From: Opitutales bacterium
GTDB lineage: Bacteria > Verrucomicrobiota > Verrucomicrobiia > Opitutales > UBA2987
Reading direction: 5' to 3'
DNA: 64,000 nucleotides
Assembly: GCA_021772535.1 (NCBI GenBank)
Contig: JAJFLV010000025.1
Span: 5,400-69,399, forward strand
A program made the translations under genes and the position numbers. How positions within the stretch are numbered: position 1 is the stretch's first letter; each line of letters begins with the position of its first letter. The notes under the pieces are model-generated. The model did not search any database. It saw only the letters and a program-made list of their open reading frames with translations, and was not told the origin of the DNA. Shown here one piece after another: positions 38,844 to 48,684 of the stretch.

Positions 38844-40379
38844 ATGAATAGTTCAATCAGCAACAAACAATTCGTGGGCATAGACCTTGGCACGAGCAAT
38901 ACCGGCGTCGCTTTTTTCGACGAGACAGGCAAACCAAAGATCATACCCAATATCGATGGTGAGATGCTTACTCCATCCGTTGTCTATGTTGGTCCTGGAT
39001 GCAGGGAAATTCTTGTCGGCACTGCCGCAAAAAACATGGAAATGCTTGAGCCGGACAGAGTCTTTAAGGAGTTCAAACGCGAGGTGGGAACGGACAAAAT
39101 CTACGCCTTGGAAGAGGGAAAGGAAATAACGCCCGAATTCTTACAAACACAGTTGTTAATATACATTCACAATTCGGTAATAAAATATTTTGGCGATTCC
39201 ACCACTGGAAATATCAAGGTTGTTGTAACCTGTCCCGCGCAATTCAAAGAACATCAGCGCCAATCCATAAAAAAATCAGCGAAACAGGCCGGATTCGATA
39301 TTCTCGCCATTATCAACGAGCCCACTTCGGCTGGATTGGCCTATGGAGTAAATGAAAAGCAGGGCGACAGGCTTGTCATGGTTTCGGATTTTGGCGGGGG
39401 AACTTACGATTCTTCACTGATTTCTTATGCCGGGGGAGAAGCGACTGTCCTCGCCTCCAACGGTGACAAGCAACTCGGAGGAAAGGACGTTGACGACATT
39501 CTTCTCGATTTGGTTCAGAAAGCATTCCAGAACGAGCATAACTTGATAATCTCTGCCCAATCTCATCCTGCCGATTGGTTCAATATTCGCGAGGAGGTCA
39601 TCAGGCAAAAACACATGCTTTCTTCCAGGACCGAAGTGAAGCTGGTGGCAAGGATTGAAGGGAAGCAGGTCGTCATTCCTGTCAATCGAGAAATGCTAAA
39701 CATGATCGTTAAGCAACTCATGGATAGGATCGAGAACATCACTCTCGAAACAATCAATAAGGCAAAGGTCGATAAGAAAGAAATAAAGCACGTTCTAACA
39801 ATTGGAGGTTCGAGCCGCTTGATTTCCTTCCAGGAGTCAATCAAGAAAATGTTTGGAGAAAACTGTATTCTTGCGGGAAGCGTCTCACCGGATATGGCCG
39901 TTGCAGAAGGGGCCGTTATCCATGCGGCCAAACTTATTAGCTCAAAAGGAAAGACCATTGTCGATGAAGGATTGCGGGCCATTCCCGCCCCTTCAATATC
40001 CCATGTCGATTGCATGCCTCACAGCCTTGGAGTGGCCGTGTTCGGTGCCATCAACTCGGGATCTCACAAGCTCTATTGCTCTGCTATCCTTGAAAGTAAT
40101 ACGCCCATTCCCTGTCAGGCAACAAAGGCGTATTCTTCCGTTGAAGATGCTCAAACTGAATTTCATGTTCAGGTTTTGCAGGGGGAAGAGGATCAAAAAT
40201 TCGAAGATTGTTTGGTCGTCGGAGATCGCAGATTGAATTTTCCGGCCCGTCCTTCTGACAAAGACAGCATCGAGGTAGTTATGGCATACGACAATTCGGG
40301 CATGGTCAACGTCAGCGTGAAAGACCTCATTTCTGGAAACACCGAAGACATTACCATTGATTTCTATTCCAATAATTAA
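38844..40379 (+). CDS. Hsp70/DnaK-family paralogue lacking the helical lid
   Basis: GIDLGTSN, TPSVV, TCPAQF, INEPTSAGLAYG, DFGGGTYD, LGGKDVD, IGGSSR, VLQGE; ends after SBD-beta; AGGAGG SD. Confidence 0.92.
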   Translation: MNSSISNKQFVGIDLGTSNTGVAFFDETGKPKIIPNIDGEMLTPSVVYVGPGCREILVGTAAKNMEMLEPDRVFKEFKREVGTDKIYALEEGKEITPEFLQTQLLIYIHNSVIKYFGDSTTGNIKVVVTCPAQFKEHQRQSIKKSAKQAGFDILAIINEPTSAGLAYGVNEKQGDRLVMVSDFGGGTYDSSLISYAGGEATVLASNGDKQLGGKDVDDILLDLVQKAFQNEHNLIISAQSHPADWFNIREEVIRQKHMLSSRTEVKLVARIEGKQVVIPVNREMLNMIVKQLMDRIENITLETINKAKVDKKEIKHVLTIGGSSRLISFQESIKKMFGENCILAGSVSPDMAVAEGAVIHAAKLISSKGKTIVDEGLRAIPAPSISHVDCMPHSLGVAVFGAINSGSHKLYCSAILESNTPIPCQATKAYSSVEDAQTEFHVQVLQGEEDQKFEDCLVVGDRRLNFPARPSDKDSIEVVMAYDNSGMVNVSVKDLISGNTEDITIDFYSNN

Positions 40380-40400
40380 AAACAGAAAGGAAAGACAACT

Positions 40401-41084
40401 ATGAAAGGGTTAGCTACAATATTTAGAGAAATGATAAGTCCAACTGAGGACACTTTGAATGCAAGAGATTCAAAAAACACGGCCATAATCGCGTCTCACA
40501 ATCAAGATCAAATTTCGTCCGTAACTATACTTACATTCGATGTGAGCGGAAGTATGTCAGGAATGGATTATAAACCGACAAGGCTTAAGGGAGCTATCAA
40601 GGCTGCCCAGCATTTCCTTATACGTCTCTCAGAAGTCGAGCCTGAAAACAGGGTGGGAATCGTCAAATTTGGAAGCATGGCAAAGGTTGTATCTCATCCA
40701 TTGCCTATAGGCATTTCTATTGGTGAACTCCAAGCTAAAATCGATAATCTCTCAACGGGATGTCTAACTAATATTGGGTACGGCCTTACCTTGGCTGGAA
40801 GAGAAATCTCTCGGATTCCTTATCAACAAAATTCAAGAATTCTTCTTCTAACAGATGGATCAAGTAATGCCGGTCCCAATCCTGTAAGAGTTTCTCAGGA
40901 ATTAAAGGCAAGGGGTATTCAACTGGATATTATCGGAATTGGCGGCTCACCAAAAGATGTCAATGAGCCTGACCTCAAGAAAATGGCCTCAGTTGTGAAT
41001 GGAGAGTTGAGATATTGGTTTATCAAAACAGTTCCAGAGTTAGTAAAAAAATTTGAATCTTTGGCCTTGAGGGAGATTAAATAA
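40401..41084 (+). CDS. Stand-alone von Willebrand factor A domain protein
   Basis: MIDAS DVSGSM, T(NIG), LLTDG. Confidence 0.9.
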   Translation: MKGLATIFREMISPTEDTLNARDSKNTAIIASHNQDQISSVTILTFDVSGSMSGMDYKPTRLKGAIKAAQHFLIRLSEVEPENRVGIVKFGSMAKVVSHPLPIGISIGELQAKIDNLSTGCLTNIGYGLTLAGREISRIPYQQNSRILLLTDGSSNAGPNPVRVSQELKARGIQLDIIGIGGSPKDVNEPDLKKMASVVNGELRYWFIKTVPELVKKFESLALREIK

Positions 41085-41116
41085 GTCAATTCAGGGAAAA
41101 TCAAGAACACTGATCA

Positions 41117-41491
41117 TTGAATAAAATGGAACGGGACGTAACAGAACAGAGAGATTTTGAAGTCATCACAGGCGATTCAAAAGGGTTGCCTAGCTGTATT
41201 TCTATCTCACTTTCAGTTCAATTATTTTTACTCAATCAAAATCTCCATAAGCTTCTTGACCATCTTCCTTTTTTATCGGCGAAACCATTAATCGTGAACG
41301 GTAAAATGTTTTGCCTGGCCGATAAGCAAGATCTATCAAAAATCTTAGGAGTTTCAACGGCTACGATTCAAAGATGGTCTAAAGATGGAGTCATCCCGAA
41401 ACCCTTCAGCCCTGAACGATCTAAAAAAGGAAGAAAGATTTTGAAATGGGATATTTATGAAGTCTTAGATTGGATACAAAAATACCGCTAG
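41117..41491 (+). CDS. Excisionase/AlpA-like HTH protein
   Basis: DLSKILGVSTATIQRWSKDGVIPKP...WDIYEVLDWI; convergent with the integrase. Confidence 0.75.
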   Translation: MNKMERDVTEQRDFEVITGDSKGLPSCISISLSVQLFLLNQNLHKLLDHLPFLSAKPLIVNGKMFCLADKQDLSKILGVSTATIQRWSKDGVIPKPFSPERSKKGRKILKWDIYEVLDWIQKYR

Positions 41492-41589
41492 GGATTGATC
41501 TTCACGCCATATTTCGAGGATATCAAGGTATATTCTCCTATTAGAAAACGATTTCTACGGAATCCTCCGGCTTCGAAATTCTGAAAAAT

Positions 41590-42774
41590 CTAGGAAAGAC
41601 CGAAATCCCCGGGGCTAATTCCGAAAAACTCTTCCACCCTTTTGTTATCTGTAATCAAAACCTTGTAGTGCCGTCGAATCATGCTCAGTGATGTAGCACA
41701 TTGATAGCAGACCTCCCCTATTGGTTCTATTTTACTCAAATTACTGATAAACGTGTGACGCATGATGTCATTCTCTTTCGCTTTTTTATCAAGTAAAATC
41801 TCCTGCTTTACGGCACGAAATTTTCTCTTTAAATTTGTCGGAAGCATCGGAAAATCTTTTGGATGAGACGCAAAGAATTTTATCCAGGCCATTAAATTGT
41901 CCTGAATCTTGATCTCACGGGTTCTTTTTCCTGTTTTTTCAATTTCCTCAGAGACGATGATTTTCCGATCCACCAAATCCACAAACTTCCATCCATATTC
42001 TGAGTTCTTCCAAAATTGTTTCATTTCCGCCTCTGGTCGCATCCCTGTAAAAAACCCCCAGACAAACCATGGGGCACAATTCTTCTCAATGGCTTTCTTA
42101 ATGAGATTTTTTACCTCTGGAACCGTGCATATTTCCGGTCGACTCCTTTTTTGTTTGGGACGTTCAATATGGCTTAAAGGATTTATGGAAATTGGAGGAT
42201 TTTCGAGCTTCGAAATGTCTTTGGCTTCATTCGCTAGCCATCCAAAAAAATGATTGAGGACCTTATAGCGGTGAAAGACATGGTTGTTTACTGCAAGATA
42301 TCGGTCTAATTCCTTCCACTCGATTTCAGATGGTTTCCGAGATCCGAACACTTCTTTGAAAGCATTGAGGTAATACAATATTTCCTGAATTGTTTTAACG
42401 CTTCTACGCTTCTTTTTGCGATTGATAAAATCTTCCACATATTCGTCTAAATAAAGTTCATGGCGCGTATCGCGGTAATGTTTGATGAACCAATCTACAA
42501 TTGTCAGGAGGTCTTTTCCTTGAGCATCAGGATTGGATGTGCGTCGCAATTTAAGAAGGGCGGCTTCAGCAACTTGTATTTCATCAGCTTTTAATCCACC
42601 ACCATGATACTCTCGAATAAGACGCATCCTATCTTGCTTAGCGGTTTCTTCGGTAGAATGTTTTCGCCGGTATCGTCCACCATCGGGCAGCGTGCAGGAT
42701 AACAGCCAAAACGGATTACCCGTCGAATAATCATATTTTTTGATTTTGGGATTGAGGGGCTTCATTTCTCCCAA
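41590..42774 (-). CDS. Bacterial phage-type tyrosine integrase of the island
   Basis: FTGMRPE, K, IMRHTFIS, HY; N-terminal arm-binding-like region; abuts the tRNA att. Confidence 0.9.
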   Translation of the reverse strand: MGEMKPLNPKIKKYDYSTGNPFWLLSCTLPDGGRYRRKHSTEETAKQDRMRLIREYHGGGLKADEIQVAEAALLKLRRTSNPDAQGKDLLTIVDWFIKHYRDTRHELYLDEYVEDFINRKKKRRSVKTIQEILYYLNAFKEVFGSRKPSEIEWKELDRYLAVNNHVFHRYKVLNHFFGWLANEAKDISKLENPPISINPLSHIERPKQKRSRPEICTVPEVKNLIKKAIEKNCAPWFVWGFFTGMRPEAEMKQFWKNSEYGWKFVDLVDRKIIVSEEIEKTGKRTREIKIQDNLMAWIKFFASHPKDFPMLPTNLKRKFRAVKQEILLDKKAKENDIMRHTFISNLSKIEPIGEVCYQCATSLSMIRRHYKVLITDNKRVEEFFGISPGDFGLS

Positions 42775-42777
42775 AAC

Positions 42778-42830
42778 TTGTCCCCTTTTTGTCCCCCGTC
42801 AACATAAATTATTGATAATCAACGTATGTT
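42778..42830. promoter_or_regulatory. Integrase arm-type and accessory sites
   Basis: Tandem TTGTCCCC x2 and dyad AACATA...TTGATAATCAA...TATGTT between the integrase start and the att core. Confidence 0.5.
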
Positions 42831-42834
42831 TACC

Positions 42835-42882
42835 TGCATGGGGTGCAAGGGGTCGCAGGTTCGAATCCTGTCAGCCCGACCA
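42835..42882 (+). tRNA. 3' fragment of tRNA-Pro(GGG) = island att site (5' half absent, non-functional copy)
   Basis: TGCATGGGGTGCAAGGGGTCGCAGGTTCGAATCCTGTCAGCCCGACCA has anticodon loop GGG, T-arm and CCA; no D-arm or 5' acceptor strand upstream. Confidence 0.85.
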
Positions 42883-43046
42883 TAAGAAGATGAAAGTGGG
42901 GTTCGAACCCACCAATCGAGTTTCTTCCAAGGAGGGCGATCCCCCTGAACCCGAAACGATCCTCGGATTCTATTGGCATGATTTCTTTTCATTGATTAAG
43001 TCGGATTTTTTTTAATAATGAAAACGAGTTAAGAAAAGGGGCTCCC

Positions 43047-43841
43047 ATGAATAAATTGATTTCTCAACATATTAGCAACGATTTCACGGAGGTTGCCGAA
43101 AATTTCGGCCGAAACGAAATCAAGAATGTAGCCAACACTGAACTCCTGGACTATTTGGAGAGGTTTGCCGAATTGTCCATAGATCCAAATGCGGATTATA
43201 CCCCGAACTTCAAGGTAAGTTCACCAAGAGGCGTTTTCAGCATCGAAGCAGGAGAAGATAAGATTTACCTGTCAGATACCAACGATCCGAATTTATCAAG
43301 CATTGAGACTACTCCTGATGAGGCGCTGTTCATAATTACGGGTCTTGCAGCAGAGCCAAAAGATCAAACCTCTGGTCAAACTCCCAAGCAAAGCTTCACT
43401 AAAAAATTCCTCTACCCTTGTTTGGTGCTCATCATCGTCGCCGGAACTGTGGCTGCAATCGGCCATAAGCTGCTCACCCCGGCCAATCCCCTATTCCCGC
43501 CGGTTACTATTCCTTTAATTAAAGACGGCAATCAAGTCGCCGATCTGGAAAACCAATATGCAGGAACTTATTTTACGGGGCGCAAAGAGGGGGATCGCTT
43601 GATAACAATATCCAATGGAGGAATGGTCGATTTTTTTGAAGTTAATTTTTCCCCTGATGAACAGAAGCACACTTTGGTTAAGAGGGCGTCCAGAAATTAC
43701 GTTTTTGGCTCCGAGGGGGGCGGCTTTTTCGCTATTGCCGACAAAGTGCATGTAATCACGCTTCTCAACCCGGACGTAATCGAATACTACGAGGGCCGCT
43801 ACAACCGCATACCGGGAAAGGTTGAATCCTTTTTCGAGTAA
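43047..43841 (+). CDS. Hypothetical single-TM protein
   Basis: 264-aa ORF with a central TM. Confidence 0.7.
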   Translation: MNKLISQHISNDFTEVAENFGRNEIKNVANTELLDYLERFAELSIDPNADYTPNFKVSSPRGVFSIEAGEDKIYLSDTNDPNLSSIETTPDEALFIITGLAAEPKDQTSGQTPKQSFTKKFLYPCLVLIIVAGTVAAIGHKLLTPANPLFPPVTIPLIKDGNQVADLENQYAGTYFTGRKEGDRLITISNGGMVDFFEVNFSPDEQKHTLVKRASRNYVFGSEGGGFFAIADKVHVITLLNPDVIEYYEGRYNRIPGKVESFFE

Positions 43842-43862
43842 ATATTGTAATCAGAGTATTTA

Positions 43863-44378
43863 CTATTCCGGAAACTCTTCGCTGGAGGAGCCGAGTATGT
43901 AAATAGGGGAATTCTCAAACCCCAATTGGAAGCGCCCGGTGGTTAAAACTCCATCGTCGATAAGCTCATCGATTTCTCTTAATTGTTCACGCGATGCAAC
44001 AACGTTATTATCGGGCAAGGAGCTAATCTCAATTACCGCCTCGGAAAGTTCAAACCCGTGAAAGTTATACCGGTCCCAATCGTAGAGTCCTCCAATAGGC
44101 GCCCGGCGTTTCCAACCTCCCTCCCCTAAATATCCTTCCATGTCTCGGGGAACTTCACCGACACTTTGCCGATCGTCAGGCCAATCTCCATGCTCCAGCT
44201 CGTATCTTTGAAAGGCGCCTGAAAATATCCTCAAGTCATTGGCGACAGTGGAATTTTGACTGGCCCTCATAGTTTTCATAATTCCAGGAATGGCCAAGGC
44301 TCCCAGAATGCCGACAATAAGCCCGACGATGGCCAGCTCAATGAGGGTGAAACCAGATTTGCTGTGACTATTTTTCAT
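43863..44378 (-). CDS. Type IV pilin / pseudopilin
   Basis: Prepilin motif KSG-FTLIEL followed by a hydrophobic helix. Confidence 0.9.
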   Translation of the reverse strand: MKNSHSKSGFTLIELAIVGLIVGILGALAIPGIMKTMRASQNSTVANDLRIFSGAFQRYELEHGDWPDDRQSVGEVPRDMEGYLGEGGWKRRAPIGGLYDWDRYNFHGFELSEAVIEISSLPDNNVVASREQLREIDELIDDGVLTTGRFQLGFENSPIYILGSSSEEFPE

Positions 44379-44400
44379 AAATAATAGTCAGGGGAAATCT

Positions 44401-46140
44401 TTACAAAGACCATTCCAGGGAAGAGTGTTTTTCAATTTCCTCAATGGTTGTGAGGCCCAGGAGGACCTTGAGGAGCCCATCGTGGCGAAGAGAGCGGTAA
44501 CCGGTTTTCTGGGCCGCCTCTTTCAGTTCCTGCAATCCGGCATTGCTGGAAATCAGGCTGCGCATTTGCTCCGATACAACAACCAGTTCATGAAAGGCAA
44601 CACGGCCTCTATATCCCTGTTGCCGGCAGTTGGGACAGCCCGCGCCCCGGTAAAAGGTAACCTCCTCCACGTCTGCGGAATCGTAAAAGTGTTTGTTTAG
44701 CATTCTTTGTGTCGGCTGGAAGGATTCCCTGCAAAATTCACAAATCCGGGCAGCCAGACGCTGAGCCAGTACTCCTATGATGGACGGCGCCACAACATAA
44801 GGTTCGATCCCGATTTCAATTAACCGCACAATTGCCTGTATTGCGGTATTGGTGTGGAGGGTGGACAACACCAAGTGTCCAGTTAGAGCGGCTTCACTGG
44901 CAATCTTGGCGGTTTCAAAATCACGGATTTCACCAACCAGGATAACATCCGGGTCCTGCCGCAGTATCGACCTCAACAGTATGGAAAATTTCAGGTCGAT
45001 AAAGGAGTTGACCTGCGATTGACTGACGCCTGCCATGCGCACCTCGACCGGATCTTCAATGGTGGAAATCTTTTTGTCCGGAGTGTTGATTTCAGCCAGA
45101 GCGGAGTAAAGGGTGGTGGTCTTGCCGCTGCCGGTCGGGCCGGTAACGAAGAGTATGCCGTTGGGGCTGCTGATGAGACGCCGGAAAGGTTTTACAATGT
45201 CCTGGGACATGAAAAGTTTATCCAAAGTCAACAACTGCCTGTTGCTGGTCGTTGGAAGGATGCGCAGGACCACATTGTTCCCATAGATGGTTGGGATGAA
45301 GGAGACGCGGAAGTCCGCCTTGTTGGTACCCACCGAGAGGGAAAACCGACCATCCTGAGGAAAACGGTTTTCGGAGATGACCACTTTGGTTAAAATTTTC
45401 AAACGGCTTACGATGGCGGGCAGAACGCTCCGCGAAAACCGCATAATCTCGTGCAGTCGCCCATCGATGCGCAATCGTACCAATGCATCGGCCTCAGCCC
45501 ATTCCAAATGAATGTCCGAGGCGCCCTGTTTTATGGCAAAATAAAGGAGCGCATCAACGACATTGATTAAGGACTCCGAGGCACTCAAGGTACTCAAGTC
45601 TTCTTGGGAAAGGCGTTCAAGCAAATTGCCCTCCTTCTTCTCAAACTGGCCGATAGAATCCGCAATGCTTTGTTCGGTGCTGTAGTGAATTTCGATGGCG
45701 TCCTCGATTTCACAGGGAAGAGCGAAAACCGGGCTGACTTTTGTTTTGGTGATGTTTTCCAGTCTTCGGACAAGCTTTTCGTCCTCTGGATGGGCCATTG
45801 CCGCGGTTATGGTGGAATCTAACGAATAAAGAGCGATAACCTGGGCTTTACGGGCAATTTCAAGCGGAATCGTGGATAACGCCTCAGGGGTAATTACCGA
45901 AATTATGGGATCCACGTAAGCAAACCCGATGGATTTTCCCCACAAACGGCACACCGATTCCTTGTCGACAAATCCCTTGTCGATTAAAACCTGAACGGTA
46001 TCCAGGGTGACGCCATCGCGGCTTTTTAAAATTTGATCTATTTCCTCTTCTGGGGGGGCGGAGGCGGATTCTCGCAGGAAAAGATCTAAAAATTTATTAT
46101 TCTTTTCTATTCGCACGTTTTTTCTTTTTTGCGGGACCAA
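44401..46140 (-). CDS. GspE/PilB assembly ATPase (GTG start possibly 46116)
   Basis: ASDIHLE, GPTGSGKTTTLY, TIEDPVE, LRQDPDVILVGEIRD, LSTLHT, CxxC...CxxC. Confidence 0.95.
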   Translation of the reverse strand: MVPQKRKNVRIEKNNKFLDLFLRESASAPPEEEIDQILKSRDGVTLDTVQVLIDKGFVDKESVCRLWGKSIGFAYVDPIISVITPEALSTIPLEIARKAQVIALYSLDSTITAAMAHPEDEKLVRRLENITKTKVSPVFALPCEIEDAIEIHYSTEQSIADSIGQFEKKEGNLLERLSQEDLSTLSASESLINVVDALLYFAIKQGASDIHLEWAEADALVRLRIDGRLHEIMRFSRSVLPAIVSRLKILTKVVISENRFPQDGRFSLSVGTNKADFRVSFIPTIYGNNVVLRILPTTSNRQLLTLDKLFMSQDIVKPFRRLISSPNGILFVTGPTGSGKTTTLYSALAEINTPDKKISTIEDPVEVRMAGVSQSQVNSFIDLKFSILLRSILRQDPDVILVGEIRDFETAKIASEAALTGHLVLSTLHTNTAIQAIVRLIEIGIEPYVVAPSIIGVLAQRLAARICEFCRESFQPTQRMLNKHFYDSADVEEVTFYRGAGCPNCRQQGYRGRVAFHELVVVSEQMRSLISSNAGLQELKEAAQKTGYRSLRHDGLLKVLLGLTTIEEIEKHSSLEWSL

Positions 46141-46309
46141 CCTTGAACATTTTGTTCATTTCTTCCTGGTCAACCAATTCTTTTGCCAAAACAGAGTCGG
46201 ATCGCTCCGCCTGGGCCTTTTCCATCAATTCGATAAGAGAATACCGAACCTCAATCAACGGACTGGCAGTCGATGATTCTGCCAAAGTAGTTTTCTTGTT
46301 CGCACTCAT
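46097..46309 (-). CDS. Small hypothetical protein in the pilB operon
   Basis: Fills the gap between the response regulator and pilB on the same strand. Confidence 0.55.
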   Translation of the reverse strand: MSANKKTTLAESSTASPLIEVRYSLIELMEKAQAERSDSVLAKELVDQEEMNKMFKVGPAKKKKRANRKE

Positions 46310-46369
46310 TTCGGGGCTTTCCTCAAACCTGGGATGTTCGATATTGCTTTAATTACAGTAGAAAGGAGG

Positions 46370-46756
46370 TTATTCTTCCTCCCATATCTGCGAGAACACA
46401 TTCTTGAAAATTTCGATCATTTCATCCTTCAAGGTGTCTTTACGTATATAATACGTGGCGCCTCCTTCTCCACTCTTTTCCACTGCCTTGCGCGACGCTT
46501 GGGCGGTCAACATGATAACGACCGCATCCGGATCGACTTCCACGATTTTCGATAATGCCTCCAACCCGTCCATATTGGGCATATTGATATCCAGTAATAC
46601 CAAATCGGGTTTTTTCTGGCGGTAGATTTCGATAGCCGGTTCACCATCGTCGGCTTCGTAAAAAGTTTCCACCCCGAGCCTCTTTAAAATGGCTTTGAGG
46701 TAAAGCCTGATGTGGGGTTCGTCGTCAACGAGAAGAACAGAATTGGGGCCTGACAT
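46370..46756 (-). CDS. Stand-alone CheY-like response regulator
   Basis: LLVDDE, DLVLLDINMP, MLTA, YIRK; probable start 46756. Confidence 0.9.
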   Translation of the reverse strand: MSGPNSVLLVDDEPHIRLYLKAILKRLGVETFYEADDGEPAIEIYRQKKPDLVLLDINMPNMDGLEALSKIVEVDPDAVVIMLTAQASRKAVEKSGEGGATYYIRKDTLKDEMIEIFKNVFSQIWEEE

Positions 46757-46957
46757 ATAATTTACCTCATTAAAATTGCTCTGGCTTTGGTATAGTAGTC
46801 CAACCCGACCCAGAACTTCCTTTAGGGTAAGAAAATGAATTGCAGGAGGGCTAGTCAAGGCTATAAGAAAGGGAGTCTTGAAGAGAAATCGGCCGGGGAT
46901 CGGAATCGTTGCCCGATATTCGGATTGGATTTGATAACAGATATCTGCAATAAGAGA

Positions 46958-48664
46958 ATGAGCAAAAACAAAGCAAACCTAGCCTTTCTGAAGCTCATTG
47001 AAGAGGCGCAAATCACTCCCTCTTTCGATGAACAGCAGGCCCATGGCATTTCTGTAAAAAGGGGCTCCCTCGAATACCTGGAGGCAACGGTCAAGGCTGG
47101 GCTGCTGCCCAAAGAAACGGCTTGCAAATTGTGGGCAAAGTCGATCGGGCATGCTTACTACAACCCCCTCACCAGCATCGTTACGGAGGAAGCTCGTCAA
47201 AAACTCTCACTCGAGGCGACCCGCCAATACAATGCTTTGGGATTATACTTCCTGGCGGATGTGTTAACGGTGGCCATGGCCGAACCGGATAACCTGGAAA
47301 CCATTACAAAACTCGAATCCTGCGCCGGATGCAAAATCAGTCCAGTCTTCTCATTACCTTGTGAGATCTTCGATGCCATCAAGGTGCATCATTCCAACAT
47401 CGACCGTTTATCGCAATCGGTAGATACCCTTGAAAAGTCCGAGAATCTTAAAATTGCCGGCCTTTCCAGGGACAATATGTCCGATTTCATTCAATCAGAA
47501 AGCCTGGTTTCCATTTTCGATACGCTCCTCTTTCTGGCCATCAAGGAAAAGGCCAGTCATATCCATCTTGAACCTCATAAGACAATGACCCAGGTTCGCT
47601 TTCGATGTCATGGTCGGTTTGTCAACCAGTTGAAATTCCCTATGATCATCCACAAGGCCCTCATCACACGCTTTGGCGCTCTTTGCGGTTTCCATCCCGG
47701 AGAAAAAGGTTTTAGTCTGGAAAGAGGTTCCTTCACTTTGGGGCTGGGCACCGGGAAGGCTTCCTTCGAGGTTTCGTTTCTACCCTGCCTCCACGGAGCG
47801 AAGACCGTAATTACGATTCGTTTGACAAAGACTCGTCACAGCGTGGGGAGTCTGCAGGAGATGCTCATTGCCACAGGCAATTTACGGCAATTGGAGCAGT
47901 TCGCCTCTTCCCGCCAAGGTCTCCTCATTTTTGCCGGATTGCCCGGAGATGGCATCTCGGGTCTCTTCAATGCGATGATCAAGGAGATCGCCTCCACTTC
48001 CAGAAGCATCCATTCCCTGGAGGACTTTATCGAGGTGGAATGGCCAGGTATGACACAATCTCACTATAATCTGGACCCATCAAACGCCCAGGGCGCTCCA
48101 GCCCTCCTGGAGGCAATTCTGAATCAAGATGCCGACGTTATTGCCCTCCGTGGAATGAACGATGAGGCCACGGCGGCTAAGGCTGTGGATGCTTCATTGC
48201 AAGGACATTTTGTTTTGGCCACACTTTCGGCCAACGGTGTTCGTAATGCCCTATTAAAACTCAACCAGCTCGGCCTGAGGTCCGATATTTCAGCCGCCGC
48301 CCTGCTTGGGGTGGTAAGCCATCGGCTAGCCCGGCGAATTTGCAATGAATGTCAAACGGCTTATCAACCCTCTGCGGAAACGTTGCAAAAATATTTCAAC
48401 GACTGGGAAAACCAAACAGTTAACTTCTATCGTGGTGAAGGCTGTGCCAATTGCCAAAATTCAGGCTACGACGGCCACGTATCCCTTTTCGAAATTTTAA
48501 CACTGGATGACCGTGTTCGAGCAATAATGGCAGAAAAACTCGACTTCCTGGGATCAGGGTCGGAAGAACTTGACCTCAACTGGCAGCCTTTTCTTTTAGA
48601 CGGCTTGTTGAAAGTGCTTTTGGGTCTGACCACCGTTGAGGAGGTGGAACGGGTCTGTCGTTAG
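46958..48664 (+). CDS. Degenerate GspE/PilB paralogue (probable start 46958)
   Basis: Collinear with 44401, but Walker A reads GLPGDGIS and Walker B DADVIALRGM; Zn Cys motifs retained. Confidence 0.85.
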   Translation: MSKNKANLAFLKLIEEAQITPSFDEQQAHGISVKRGSLEYLEATVKAGLLPKETACKLWAKSIGHAYYNPLTSIVTEEARQKLSLEATRQYNALGLYFLADVLTVAMAEPDNLETITKLESCAGCKISPVFSLPCEIFDAIKVHHSNIDRLSQSVDTLEKSENLKIAGLSRDNMSDFIQSESLVSIFDTLLFLAIKEKASHIHLEPHKTMTQVRFRCHGRFVNQLKFPMIIHKALITRFGALCGFHPGEKGFSLERGSFTLGLGTGKASFEVSFLPCLHGAKTVITIRLTKTRHSVGSLQEMLIATGNLRQLEQFASSRQGLLIFAGLPGDGISGLFNAMIKEIASTSRSIHSLEDFIEVEWPGMTQSHYNLDPSNAQGAPALLEAILNQDADVIALRGMNDEATAAKAVDASLQGHFVLATLSANGVRNALLKLNQLGLRSDISAAALLGVVSHRLARRICNECQTAYQPSAETLQKYFNDWENQTVNFYRGEGCANCQNSGYDGHVSLFEILTLDDRVRAIMAEKLDFLGSGSEELDLNWQPFLLDGLLKVLLGLTTVEEVERVCR

Positions 48665-48684
48665 ACAGCCCACCATACATGCCA

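Larger units (their letters stand above)
1..42882. mobile_element. Genomic island integrated at tRNA-Pro(GGG); left end probably outside the window
   Basis: att fragment with integrase and excisionase; heterogeneous low-GC cargo; no intact tRNA-Pro seen in the window. Confidence 0.6.

Noticed and set aside
38844-40379. Housekeeping dnaK-grpE operon
   Set aside because: Only 511 aa, no lid, divergent motifs, no dnaJ/hrcA, located in an island
42893-42915. GGGTTCGAACCC palindrome resembling a tRNA T-arm
   Set aside because: No other cloverleaf arms; simple hairpin
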